Origin: Carcharhinus longimanus | Lineage: Eukaryota | Reading direction: 5' to 3' | Length of the DNA: 64,000 nt | Assembly (NCBI GenBank): GCA_030264375.1 | Contig: JASCQW010000061.1 | Span: 72,498,939-72,562,938 of the forward strand | Shown here: piece after piece, positions 50,190 through 62,660 of the stretch | Layout: the number at the start of each line of letters is the position of its first letter | Numbering within the stretch: the first letter of the stretch is position 1 | Notes under the pieces: model-generated | Seen by the model: only the letters and a program-made list of their open reading frames with translations | Database searches by the model: none | Told to the model about the DNA's origin: nothing | Made by a program: the position numbers and the translations under genes

Positions 50190-51420
50190 TTCTGCCTTAT
50201 CAAGGCATCCCTTGTGTCTCGATTATCCATCTAATCATGTCTAGGACCTTCTACCTGAATATCAGTGTGTTCTCTCACCTCATCTTCATCCTCAACTTAG
50301 ATAAATAGCCCCTAAAAGGTGTTGTCTCTTCCTTAAGGGCATCCCCTCGCTGAATAGCAAGGTTATGGAGGGCACAGCATTTTATTACCATGAGGAAAAC
50401 ACTAGATGGAACGAAATGCAATGTCCCTCCTGATTTGTCAAGACATCTGAATCTCATGCTCAATATTCCAGTTGTTTGCTCACTCATGGCCTGTTCCATG
50501 GCTGTCATTAAAGCTCCTCTTCACATCTGTTCTGGGTGTCCTCACTGGAATCATGAATCATTTCTTTGATGGGTAACTCTTGCCACCCAGAAGTCATCCA
50601 TTCAGGGTATCAGGGCCACTGTATAGGTCTGGCACTTGTGCGTTATGCAGCGTGAATGAGTCATTGCTGCTGCCTGGATACCTCATGCACCCCTACATTA
50701 TTCATCGATGATGGTCACAGACCAGTTGGATGTTCACTGAGTGGAAAGCCTTCCTGTTAATGAAAGCACAGGGCTGGCCAGCTGGAACTTTTATGGTGGT
50801 GTGCGTACAGTGAATGGCTTCTCGTGCCCTGGGGAAAGCGGCAATCTCCACAAACCCTCTGGCTCCTACATGTGAACTCTGGTGGTCCATTGTGAAAGAG
50901 ATGTAACTTCCTGTCCTTCTGGACAAAACATCAGTGAAGATCTTGATGGAGTGGTATACAGCAGGCTAAGTAATGCCACATGCTGCCTGCAAGGACCGTG
51001 TCACAAAGAATTGAACGCAACAGTGATCTTGACAACCACAGGCATTGGGTGACCCCCAACATTGTTGGGCTAGATCTTTCCCACCAGCATGTCATAAAGA
51101 AATGTGAATGTGGCTCTTGAAAGCTTGAGCCTCCTTGGGTCTTGTGTCGCAGACATCTGAAGATATCTCAGTCTCTGCTTCTATAGATGAGGAGCTGCGC
51201 AAGTCCTTCTGTGCCACTGTTGTGGATTTATGATACCTCATCACCTTCTGGAGAGTCTGCTGTAGCTCTGCCACTCTCATGGACGGCCAGTGCAGCCTGG
51301 ACCTCTCGATCCTCCCCTTCCTCCTCACTTGATAATGTGACTTCCACAGAGACAACTATCCCCATGTCTGGCCTAGTTAGAAGGCTAAGATGATGATCAG
51401 GGTGTGAATGGGCCTCTCTG
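50190..51420 (-). pseudogene. PIF/Harbinger DDE transposase pseudogene (HARBI1-like family)
   Basis: Motifs in order: PMPVVVKITVAFN, GFVEIAAFPRAREAIHCTH, FINRKAFHSVNIQLVCDH, RYPGSSNDSF, G*LLGGKSYP, EQTTGILSMRFRCLDKSGGTL, CCALHNLAI; stops, frameshifts and two catalytic Asp substituted. Confidence 0.9.
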
Positions 51421-51439
51421 CAAGAGGAATACTCACCAA

Positions 51440-52730
51440 CATACAAACTAAGAACAGGTGGAGGCCATTTGGCCCCTTCAGTCCACCCTGCCATTCAGTA
51501 AGATCGTGGCTGATCTGATTGTAATTTCAATCCCACATTCCTGCCTACTCCAATAATCTTTCATAGAACATAGAACATAGAACATTACAGCGCAGAACAG
51601 GCCCTTCGGCCCACGATGTTGCGCCGACCAGNNNNNNNNNNNNNNNNNNNNNNNNNNNNNNNNNNNNNNNNNNNNNNNNNNNNNNNNNNNNNNNNNNNNN
51701 NNNNNNNNNNNNNNNNNNNNNNNNNNNNNNNTCCGTACTGCCCAGATTTTATCACTAAGCTAGTCCCAAATTGCCCACATTTGGCCCATATCCCTCTTTA
51801 CCCATCTTTCACCCCATAGTTAATCAAGTATCTGCCTAGCTCTGCCTGAAAAATATTCAAAGACTTTGCTTCCACTAGCTTTTGAGGAAGAGAGTTCCCG
51901 AGACTCTATGAGAGGAAAGGTTCTCCTTGTCTCTACCTTAAATGAGTGATTCCTTGTTTTTAAACAATGACCCTCTAGCTCTAGATTCTCTACAAGAGGA
52001 AACATCCTTTCCACATCCACCCTGCCAAGACCCCTCAAGATCTTAAAGCTTTTGATCAAGTCACCTCTTACTCTTCTAAAGTCTAGTTGACACAAACCTA
52101 ACCTCTCCGACTTTATCTCATAAGACAATTCACCATTCCTGGTATTAGTCCAGTAAACCTTCTCTGAACTGCTCCTAATGCATCTAATTACATCTTTCCA
52201 TAAAGAATAGACAGTACTCCAGATGTGGTCACACCAATGCCCTGTAGAATTGAAGCATAACCACCTTATTTTTATTCTCAATTCCTCTCACAATACGCGA
52301 TAACATGTTATTAGCTTTCCTAATTACTTCCCTTATCTTTTGCGATTCGTGCACTGTACCCAGGTCCCTCTGCAACTCAGAGCTCTGCAATCTCTCACCA
52401 TCCAGAGAATAAGCTTCTTTTTATTCTTCCTGCCAAAATGAACAATTTCACACTTTCCCACATTATCCTCCATTTGTCAGCTTTTTGCTCACTCACTTAA
52501 CCTATCTATGCTCCTTTGTCACCTTCTTGCATCCTCTTCACAATTCATTTTCCTACCTACTTTTGTATCATCAGCAAATTCAGCAACCATACTTTCAGCC
52601 CCTTTATCCAAGTTGTTTATATGAATTGGAAAATATTGAGGCCCCAGCACTGATTCCTGTCACATCCTGCCATCCAGAAGAAGACCCATTTACACTGATT
52701 TTCTGTCTCCTGTTAGCTAGCCAACAAGGC
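51440..52730 (-). mobile_element. CR1 LINE, 3' ~1.3 kb, with a nested younger CR1 end at ~51563-51810
   Basis: RRVRGDLIKSFKILRGLGRVDVERMFPLV; 3' end at ~51440; nested (catagaa)n tail. Confidence 0.88.
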
Positions 52731-53207
52731 CTCTAAATCAGGGAAGTTTGACAAATGCAAACTCTGCCTTTGTATGAAGCACTTCCAACAGGCACGGAAA
52801 TTTGAACTACAAAGCTGAAACTCAGCGCTCAGCTGGAACCTTTAAACTTGTCCTAACAAACTGCTCGACCAGAAAACGAAAAACCCACCTGGAGTGAAAT
52901 ACATTCTGCAAGGTCACATTGCTCACATGACATATTATTGCAATTAATTAGGAGCTGAATAAGCTTAACTATATAATTTAGTTAAACTTGAAAAATACAG
53001 GTGGGCTTCTGATTTCTATCCCAACCCACATTATCCAGATTAGGCATGATGACATCAGAAACATGACCCAATGTCATTACATCTGATAACATGCCGACAG
53101 GGGAAAGCAAAACTCCTGATTTATGAGTTTGTTATTCGGCCCCATAGCTCATGCATCCACATCATGTTCATTCAGATGCAACCCAGGAGTAAAATGTTAA
53201 TAGAGTC

Positions 53208-53445
53208 ATCGTCATAGAGCTTTACAGCATGGAAACAGGCCCTTCGGCCCAACTTGTCCGTACTGCCCAGATTTTATCACTAAGCTAGTCCCAAATTGCC
53301 CACATTTGGCCCATATCCCTCTTTACCCATCTTACCCATGTAACTGTCTATATGCTTTTTAACAGATAAAATTGTACCCGCCTCTACTACTGCTGCTGGC
53401 AGCTTGTTCCAAAAACTTACCATTCTCTGAGTGAAAAAATTGAGC
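53208..53445 (-). mobile_element. CR1 3' UTR fragment
   Basis: acagcatggaaacaggcccttcggcccaac 3'-end signature. Confidence 0.85.
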
Positions 53446-55310
53446 TATCTGCATTGAAATTGAATATTTCCAGGTGATAAATGGAGTTAGACATGTGTTG
53501 CCTGATAATGGCCTCCTTCTTCTTCCTCAGGTCATGTTGCAATGTTGCTATCAGGGTGTATAACTCATAGACATTACTGTCAATCAATGAATCGGTCATG
53601 AAAATTTATCAGCGCAAATGTTGCCAGTTAACTGAATGTATGGTTGAAACTCTGCAGATAGTCTGGGGATGATTTTCTGACCATTATAGAACATGTTAAC
53701 ACGATGACAGTAAAGAAGAAAGTATGAAGTGGCAAGAGGTAAATTAGGTAAAAAACAACATTGTAACAAATGAAAAAAAAAGTGTTGCTTCTTGTGTGGC
53801 AAAGAAAGGATCAGTATTTTTGCTACATACCAGGATCTGTTTTTCAAGTGGGTGCACAAAAACTGGAAGATCATCTAAAAGCTACTATTGACAGAACAGG
53901 CAGGAAATGAAAGGGGGTGGGGGGGGGGGAGTGAAAAGCTGGTGCTTTCTTTTCTTTATGCCTTACTTTTCAGTCTGATCATTTGACATGTACTGGCACA
54001 GATTCTGCAAAGTCAACAGTTTATATAAGAGAGCAGATATTTTAAATCTTCAGGAGCACTGATGGTCGAAGACTGCTCCCCGCAATCATGATTGCTCTGC
54101 CCTATTGGCAACTAGAACATAGCTTTGCTTTCAGAAAGAAAAGAAAACGACATGGATAACAGTGGAAAAATTGTTTGTGCTGGCGTATGATGAACATGAT
54201 TATGCAGTTTTGATGAACGGCTTGGAAAGGAAATGATAAATGGTGAAGGGTAACAGATCTGAACACACTGGGAGGCTTGTTTTGACCCTAATTATGTTGG
54301 CAGGCAGTTTGCATGCCTCCAGCAAGTTATGATGAGATTATTTTCAATCACTTGCTGCACAGATTAGAAATGTCTGGTCCTGTATGCCAGAGTGCACCAC
54401 AAACACCACAAAGAGCAACAAAGTGAAGTGAAAAACACTGACAGGAGGCAAGGTGAGGGTTTTTATTTCAGCTATATTACTTATCTATGAATATTTGCAA
54501 GTTACCCATATTGAAATTCCACTCTTATCAGGAATTTTAATGAGTGTCTGTAACAAAATTCTTTGTGACAGTGATTCATAAAGAGACTCAAAAGTGGGTG
54601 ATAACATTGCAGCACTCAACAGACAATCCTGATAAGCCAGAAACTACGAGATTGTATATGTACTATAGTCCTCAATAAGCAGTTTAAACAGGGTTACATT
54701 AGCATTCTGTGGATGAATGTAAGATGATAAACTTAAAATTTGATTGAAATTTTCACTGATAATGAAAATTTCATTAATAAATCTAGCTCTCTGTCACATG
54801 CTAAGTAATTGACATGAATGGGATCCATTCCATTGACATGGGATTTTCAGGTAGGGATTTTGAGGCTTGCCTTTTAAAACTAGTTTAAAGCAATCCTGGA
54901 ATATATGGGAACTTTGTTAACATATCAAATTATTCTAGAATGGATTTGAATAATGAGTGGTACCATTTACTTTCCATTTATGATGGGTGAATATGCATTG
55001 TTTTACCTTCCTGCAATAGGTATCAGAGACAATTGATTAAACTCTTTCAGATTTTTCTTCATATTCAGTATGTTATTGAGCTGGCAATTTTGCGTTTCAA
55101 GAATGCTCATGTTTAAATTTATTTTGAAAAGATTTGCATTGGAACAGGAAATTAAAAAAGCTGATTATTTCTTACAGAATCACCAGAAAGTCAATTGTAA
55201 CTGAAATCTTGACAAGGCTACAGCAGGAAGAGCTAATGACAGAGGGGGTATGAAAGTCATATTTTACAATGCAACATTTTGCAAGAACTCAGGAGCTAAG
55301 AAGCCCAAGA

Positions 55311-55468
55311 TAAAAGCAAAATACTGCGGATGCTGGAATCAGAAACAAAAACAAAAAATGCTGGAAAATTTCAGTAGATCTGACAGCATCTGTGGGACGT
55401 TGGCTCTATTTTCTCCCCACAGATGCTGTCAGACCTATTGAAATTTTCCAGCATTTTCTGTTTTTGTT
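55311..55468. mobile_element. Palindromic Penelope-like remnant (53-bp inverted arms)
   Basis: Arms 55344-55396 and 55416-55468 with 3 mismatches and a 19-nt loop. Confidence 0.75.
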
Positions 55469-55859
55469 ATATAGTTATATTTTGTTCTGAAGATATTTTG
55501 TTCAAGTATATACACATTCACACCAGTAAAATCAAAAATATTTTGCACTAACAAGCTCTTGATTCATGTTCCATTTATGTTGTCCTTACCCAGTTATGAT
55601 GATTTCAGGGTATGTTTGAGCACCCAAATTCCATGTACCACCACCAATTGGCCATTCCTAGAAAAATGTAAAAGGCTGGAATCAACAGGTTGGTTACAAA
55701 TTAAAGCTTATATTTTTAACAATAAAGAGCAATTGCTTAGCTGTTTGTGCAACTTCTTGGTAAAAAGAACGTCAAAGATGAACCATTAACTTTAATAGTA
55801 TGAATCTATTAATAAACCTGAACTTATTAGATTAATTCTGACCATCTCTCCTTCAACTG

Positions 55860-55930
55860 TGGGCACAGTAGTTGGCACTGTTGCTTCACAGTGCCAGGGA
55901 CCTGGGTTTGATTTCTGCTATGGGTTACTA
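55860..55930 (+). mobile_element. HE1 SINE 5' fragment
   Basis: ggcacagtagttggcactgttgcttcacagtgccagggacctgggtttgatt. Confidence 0.7.
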
Positions 55931-55949
55931 TCTGCTGTTGTTCCTGGCA

Positions 55950-57110
55950 TTATTTCTGAGCACCTCATCTCTAGAAGGATATACTGGCCTTGGAGAGGGT
56001 GCACTTCAGAACTAACACAATGACACCAGAGCTAAAAGATTATAAGGAAAGATTGCATTGATGAGGTTTGTATTTCCTTGAATATAGAAGACCAAGATTA
56101 AGTAGTGATCTTATTTAGATGTTTAAAATGATTAGAGGCTTAGATAGGTTGGGTAGAGAGAAAATAGTTCCTCTGGTGAATGAACACAAAGATGAGAAAC
56201 CTTAAAATCAGAGCAAGGTTCTTCAAGTGCTTCTTCACACAAAGGGTAATGGAAATTTGGGACTTTCTGGCAAAAAAGCTGTTAAGATTATGGTCTGAAT
56301 TTTCATTACTGGCTATCCTGCGAGTTGGNNNNNNNNNNATTGAGTGTAAAATGGCAGTAGGCTTGAGTGTTGATTAGCAGCAGTTGGGACTTCCACCCAC
56401 TCTTTGGCAGAAGTCCAGCCTTGGAGAACTCCAGCCCCTCTAGGCACAGTGCTGCACTCACCGGAAGAATTACAGTACTGCAGCATCCTCCATGAGCCTA
56501 AATCCCAGGACTGCACTTCAGGTAAGTCCCAAGGATCTGGGGATGCAAGGTTAGGGGCATGTCCAGGGGGATCTCTAGGGGCAATCTCTGTGTTGAGGGG
56601 CAGAGTTCCAGGGTTTCTGAGGGAAAGGGTGCTCCAAATCTGAAGGGATCTTCAGATTGAGGTGCATCCCCCACCCACGCTTTCGGCCCAAGATCAAGGG
56701 TGAAAACTTTTTCCGTGGGTAACCTGATCCAATTGGGATCTGCCAGTCTAAAAATTGAAGCTTGGCCAAAAAAAGCCAGTGGCCACTTAAGGGCCTTAAT
56801 AGGGGCTTGGGCTGGCTTCCTGTCGAAGACCCTGCCTGGCTCATCATAGAATTACATCTGTGTCAGGGCAGGTGGGATCCCAGAGGAATCCTGTCCATGC
56901 AATTTTAAGCTCCCCTCCCCCTCTCAGATCCCAGCAAGGGGATGTTAAATCCTGACTGATGACAATTTAAATTTCAAAACAGAGGTTGACTGATATTTTG
57001 TTTGGGGTATGAAGCCAAGTCAGGTAAATACAGTTAAATATAAATGAGTCATAATTTAACTGAATGGGAGTTGATGAGCTGAAGCACTACTTCTTCTTCT
57101 ATGTTCTGTA
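55950..57110 (+). mobile_element. Old CR1 3' fragment interrupted by a GC-richer insert (~56340-56960)
   Basis: aggatatactggccttggagagggtgca and ttcttcacacaaagggt motifs; resumes near 56970 with a diverged 3' UTR. Confidence 0.6.
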
Positions 57111-58870
57111 AATCACATAGCCTGATAGTCAATTAGTTTTGCAAAGTCAGTGGATCTGGGATTTATCCAGTCAAGACACAATACATCCCCTGAACAAAAC
57201 CTGATGTTTCTCATCAGGGTGCTAGACAAATATTCATAGCATCAGATGTTAAGAAGTTGTCTTCAAGTTGGATATTCAATGCCCTAATTCTATTTGTCAC
57301 TTTTTAAAAAAAATGCTAAAAGATGTAAATGAAGTTAACAGTGAACATTGCAAAATGCATAATAAGTGTTGAAGTATGCCACCACAACCTAATGTACACC
57401 TTCACTGACACATTAATGAGGTAGTTGCCATGGATCTAAAGGTATGGGACAAGGCAGATATATTTGCATCTACATTTTGTAAACTTGGTAACCAGGTTTG
57501 CTCTTCCAAAAATATTGATTAGTAAGGACGTCAAATTTATTACAGACAAAATCATGGAAAAATGGAAGGGATTGGACTTAGAGTACTAGAGAAGTTTGTG
57601 ACTGATAAAGGGGAAAATACCAATGATAAGGTAAGAGACTTTGTAAATATATGGATATAACAGTCATGTATATTGTAGACAAATTTCCTTTCAGCAATGG
57701 ACTGTATGAAAGGAATTGCAGCGATCGATGAAATGCTGCATAAAACTTTAGGTGATCAACTAGACCGCAAGTTGACAACTGTTCTGACACGGGTGATTCA
57801 TGCAAAGGAATCATTCCAGATGAAATATTCCCTATCAATCAATCTATGGATGAAATTTCAAATTGTCTTCTGTGGCAATATGATTGTCCTCCTGTTCTAG
57901 AAGGTAATGCAATTGGTTCAATGTTTTCTGCACATGTGAATGCTTTCATCAAGGCTGAGGTCTCAAATTCAGACAGCACGGAAGCATTGGATAAGATCAT
58001 CCTAAACAGATTTTAATTTGGGAGGTTTGATGCATTATAAGTAAACTGAGACGCCCCAGTAAGCTAATAGGTCATGATGCTTAGATAGTACTTATCAAAC
58101 ATAGTAATCAAACTGTGAAGGTTCATGCTACATGATTAATTAAAATTAATTACAAAATATCAGCCTTGAAGCAGCTGATAAAAAACAAACAAGGCACTTT
58201 GTACCAGAAGAAGTTCAAAAGTGGTAATGTGAATGCTCATGGCATGCAGGACAAAGTTATCACATGCAAAGACCAATTTCTCAGAGTGGATACTCAGGTG
58301 ATGTACACTCCAAAGAGGCCTAGTGAATGGAGGGATGCAACAATTTTAGGAAGTATAGAAAACCTACTGGCAAATTTAAATATTGATTGAATGTTCTGAA
58401 TAACGGTTAAAAAACAAGGCTCGTGGATTGACAAAATTGAGTAAAAGCGTTTTGAGTAAGAAAGCACAGCGTAATTACAGATAGCAGATCTGAAATTGAC
58501 TTTATCTTTAGAAAATGATCACCAGAGGATAATATGTACCACCATCTTGCCCTCTCCCACCCCCTGATTAGTGTAAGAGGCAGATCTCACAGCAACAGTT
58601 CTGACAGGTATAACTGTGCAAGCGGAGATGCCATAGCTTGAATAGATTAGATAGTGAAATAAACATCACAAGACAGTCTTGGAACAGAACTAGAAGAATA
58701 AATCTTCATCATCATGAAGTTTCAGTGGCTGCCAATAAACCTAAACATAAACTAATAAGGGGAACAAAACAGAGGAAATTAGATATTTGCAGAGTTTGGT
58801 ATTTATTCTGAGGTACCAGATATTGGGCAACCTGTTTTATTACAACGGTGGATCTGTGCTGAAAAAGACC

Positions 58871-58952
58871 TGATATGGAGATGCTGGCGTTGGACTGGGG
58901 TAAACACAGTAAGAAGTCTGACAACACCAGGTTTAAGTCCAACCGATTTATT
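58871..58952. mobile_element. Penelope-like terminal fragment running into a gap
   Basis: ggagatgctggcgttggactggggtaaacacagtaagaagtctgacaacaccagg; homologous to 5709-5799. Confidence 0.65.
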
Positions 58953-59052
58953 NNNNNNNNNNNNNNNNNNNNNNNNNNNNNNNNNNNNNNNNNNNNNNNN
59001 NNNNNNNNNNNNNNNNNNNNNNNNNNNNNNNNNNNNNNNNNNNNNNNNNNNN

Positions 59053-59190
59053 ATCAATCTGGATGGCCATAAAACATTAGATAGGGGTCATGAGTAGAGA
59101 GGTGGACTGGTGGTGTTGAGATGGCGGCGCGGGCTCATTGGGCTGAAGGGCCTGTTTCCCGGGCTGATTTTGTTCTTTGTTCTTTGTTCT
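59053..59190 (+). mobile_element. Young CR1 3' end
   Basis: ggcggcgcgggctcattgggctgaagggcctgtttcccg...(ttctttg)n; same subfamily as 5325 and 6855. Confidence 0.85.
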
Positions 59191-60339
59191 TAAAGCTAAC
59201 TCTTGAGACTCTGAGGTCAGTAGGACATCAGTCCAGTGCCCTTTGCTGTAAGAAAATCAAACAGCACTCGTCGGGATAATAATGCCAATGACAATTAACT
59301 GCTGCTGCATTGTCAACTTTCCTGTCCTCACATCCAACCAAACAAGTGTAGAGGCCAGTGGCAGCATTTGTCACGTGATTAATGTATCATTTAGTGTGGC
59401 AATTACTTGCATCGCATTAAAAAACATGGCTGCCTGATTCAATCTTACTTCCCAACACAAGCAGGGTTATTGTTGGCAGCCTGTGGCTATCAGACATTAC
59501 AGTCCAGATTTTCACCATGGCAGGACTACAAAAATAGTGGATGTGCCCAGAAATCTAAATCCTACCCCTCCGAGATTGACACTTCCTAATTTTGCAGCGG
59601 ATGCAATGGATTTGCCCAGTTGTCCAGGTTTCACACATATGCAGTTCACAGAAGCAGCTGGCCAGTTAAATCATCAGCTGCTTCCACAGATATTGGGTTT
59701 TGGTAGGTCAGGAATGTAAAATCTGATGTGTGCAGGTTAGACCACATAAGAGCAGGTCTGAACTTTGTGGGTTAGTTTGGATAACTAGGATACCTCCTTT
59801 GGAGAGGGAAGATATCCCTTTGGATATGGTTTCAGAACATCTTTGGAAGAGATAAGATATCTATTAACATTGTAAAAAGTGTATCAAAAGTGCAAAAACA
59901 TATTGGAAGCTGTCAAATACAAAAATTAAATGTCAAAATTCATTGGAACTATCAAAATTGGCAATAGATTTAATTCTGCTGGACTTTACATTTCAAAAAC
60001 AGCCTGGACTTCAAAATACCAGTGTTTGATATTTCATACCGTATGTTGACATTTGCCTAAGGGTTATCATTCTAGGATTTGTGCTGCAATGACTCATTTT
60101 ACAAATTAACATTATCTCAGTGGGATCCCTATTAAATGAGCAGTTTGATTGACAACTGCAAGTGATTATAGAATACAAAAATATTTGTTTTTGTAAGAGA
60201 TTAGCTGAAGGAATTTCTATGTATTGAATTTTTATTTATTGATGAGAGTGTATGCTTTAAATATAGACACTATTAACACTTAACTATATTTTATGTCACC
60301 ATGGTTTTTGAGGTTTTCCCACGGTGGATACTAGCTTAG

Positions 60340-60730
60340 TTGGCATGGAGGGGGTAAAGGCGAAGATTGGAGAACATGGATTAGTATGGATTGGCACTAA
60401 ATTTTCATAGGAACTGTAAAGGATCAAGAATATGTGACCATAAGGATATGAGTGGCCATGGATAGTACAGGGGCATGGGTTGGCATCCGGGGTATGAGGA
60501 ACAATTGGAGTGGGTAGAGGGATATGTGTTGCATTGGGATAAAGAGAAAACATGGGGACTTGATAGAGGGTCATGGGTTGGCATAAAGGTATGAGTGGCC
60601 ATAGAAGGTGGATAGAGGATCATGCATTTGCATAGAATGTACCAGGAGCTATGGGTGATTGGTGGGGTGACGGGCTGAGGGATGATGTTAAAGAGGAAAT
60701 GGGGAATGTATGGGGATGTACGGTAAGACG
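60340..60730. repeat. Degenerate G/A-rich tandem-like tract
   Basis: Recurring tatgagtggccat (near 60447 and 60590) and catgggttggcat (near 60474 and 60572). Confidence 0.5.
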
Positions 60731-60903
60731 GACTTAAGGAGTGAAAGGCTACTTTTGTTTTAACCATTTTTAAATTAAATTCAACAACGTGCCAGTGCAG
60801 AGAGACAGGTCTTCCATCCAACCTGTCTTTGCACTCTGCAGTCTCTACACATAATCTTGGACAGTGAGCTTGACATTTAATCCAGCCCTGCGTGCCTCCC
60901 CAC

Positions 60904-60927
60904 CACACACACACACACACACACACA
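60904..60927. repeat. (CA)n microsatellite at a gap edge
   Basis: cacacacaca... running into N. Confidence 0.95.
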
Positions 60928-61027
60928 NNNNNNNNNNNNNNNNNNNNNNNNNNNNNNNNNNNNNNNNNNNNNNNNNNNNNNNNNNNNNNNNNNNNNNNNN
61001 NNNNNNNNNNNNNNNNNNNNNNNNNNN

Positions 61028-61385
61028 TATCTGGATTAAATTCCATCTGCCATTTCTCTGCCCAATTTTCCAGCCTATCTGTATCCTGCTGTATTCTCTG
61101 ACAATGTTCACCGCTATCCACCATCTTTGTGTCATCCGTAAACTCACTGATCACACCAGTTATACCTTCTTCCAAGTTATTTATATATATCACAAATAGC
61201 AGAGGTCCCAGTACAGAGCCCTGTGGAACACCACTAGTCACAGGCCTCCAGCCAGAAAAAGACCCTTCCACTGCTACGCTCTGTCTTCTATGGCCAAGCC
61301 AGTTCTCCACCCATCTAGCTAGCTCTCCTTTTGCCCTGTGAGATATAACCTTTTGCACCAACCTGCCATGAAGGACTTTGTCAAC
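61028..61385 (-). mobile_element. CR1 LINE RT core fragment
   Basis: DKVLHGRLVQKV...WRPVTSGVPQGSVLGPLLFVIYINNL...FTDDTK...WAEKWQMEFNPD. Confidence 0.92.
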
Positions 61386-61889
61386 CAGGAGAAAATCTGT
61401 TTCAGTCATGGCATTTACACTTGCAGTCCCTCTGGCTGATACATGATACTAAGCCAAAGCACAGACAGAGGGAGGGGAAGCTGTGTACGGATGGTACGCC
61501 TGCCCCACCAAAGCCTTCGCCTATTTCCACTCAGCTAGGAGCAGTGCATGTGGTGGGGGTGGGGTGGGGAATAAATCTCACCTGAAAATAAGTCTTTCCC
61601 CAGCATCTATGAATGACCAAAATTGCAACAGCAAATATAATAGTAAGTTTTCAGATCTCACATTCCTGATGGGCTGCCATGTTCAGAAGGAATGCCAGTT
61701 GAAGAATCAAACATAGAGTGCTTATCCTGGGATTGTGGCATCTGTGAACATAACCTATTATTAATTAAAGTGACATTTACATATTGCAGGTTTTTTAATT
61801 CCCTGATGTGTGTTAAAAGTTAGGTGGTATTAGTGACCAACAGTAAGTTCTAACACAGTGTGCCTAATACCAACAACACCAATAAGAAC

Positions 61890-62660
61890 CACAAGAACTT
61901 ATAATTATATCAGTAATAAAATATCTTAAGGTGCTTCATGAGGCATTACAAAGTAAAATTAAATACTGAGGCACACAAAGCGATGTTAGAGCACATGGCC
62001 AAAGCCTGGTCAAAAAATTCAGTTTAAAGGAGTATCTTAAAGAAAGAAAGATAGGTAGACATGTTTAGGGAAGGAACTCAAGAGTTTAGGGTCAAGGCAA
62101 CTAATGACATGACCAACATTGGTGGAGAAATTAAAATCATGGATTCTGAAAAGACTAGAATTAGATTAGCCCAGATATCCTGGAGCGTTGTGGGCTGAAG
62201 GAGATTGCAGAGATTGAGAGAGGCGACACCATGCAGGAATTTGAATACATGGATGAGAATTTTTAAATTGAGATATTGCTTAACCTGGACCCAGTGCTGA
62301 TCAGTGCAAACTGGGGTGATGGGTGACTGGGACATGGTGTGAATCCAGACTTGGACAGCAGAGCTTTAGAATTTCTCAAGTTCATGTAGAGCAGAATATA
62401 GGAGGTCAGCCAGCAGTGAATTGGAATAGTCAAGTCTAGAGATAAGCAAAGCATGAATGAGGATTTCAGCAGCAGATGAGTTAAGGCGGGGCAAAGTCAG
62501 GCAATGCTGTGGCGCAGAAATAGGGAGCCTTTAGAGATGGTGTCAATATGTGGTTGGAAATCCATCTCAGGGTCAGATATAACACAAAGTTTGCAAAACA
62601 ACTGCTCTAGTCTCATACTGATAACAGGGAGAGGGATAGAGTCGATTGCAAAGGAATGAA
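61890..62660 (-). mobile_element. Degraded L2-clade LINE 3' region
   Basis: SRLDYSN-coding segment (tctagacttgactattccaat) and PITPV...HW...KILIHVFKFLHGVA, typical of the L2 ORF2 C-terminus. Confidence 0.8.

Noticed and set aside
50190-51420. Domesticated HARBI1 gene
   Set aside because: In-frame stops, frameshifts and substituted catalytic aspartates indicate a dead transposon copy.
53417-53599. Minus-strand exon ending in a GTAAGT donor
   Set aside because: The apparent donor lies inside the adjacent CR1 fragment, with no clear acceptor or homology.
54745-54773. 11-bp AT-rich inverted repeat
   Set aside because: Short and low-complexity; plausible by chance.
60405-61409. 334-aa ORF as a real gene
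   Set aside because: Chimera of a CR1 RT fragment, a gap, a (TG)n run and low-complexity sequence.
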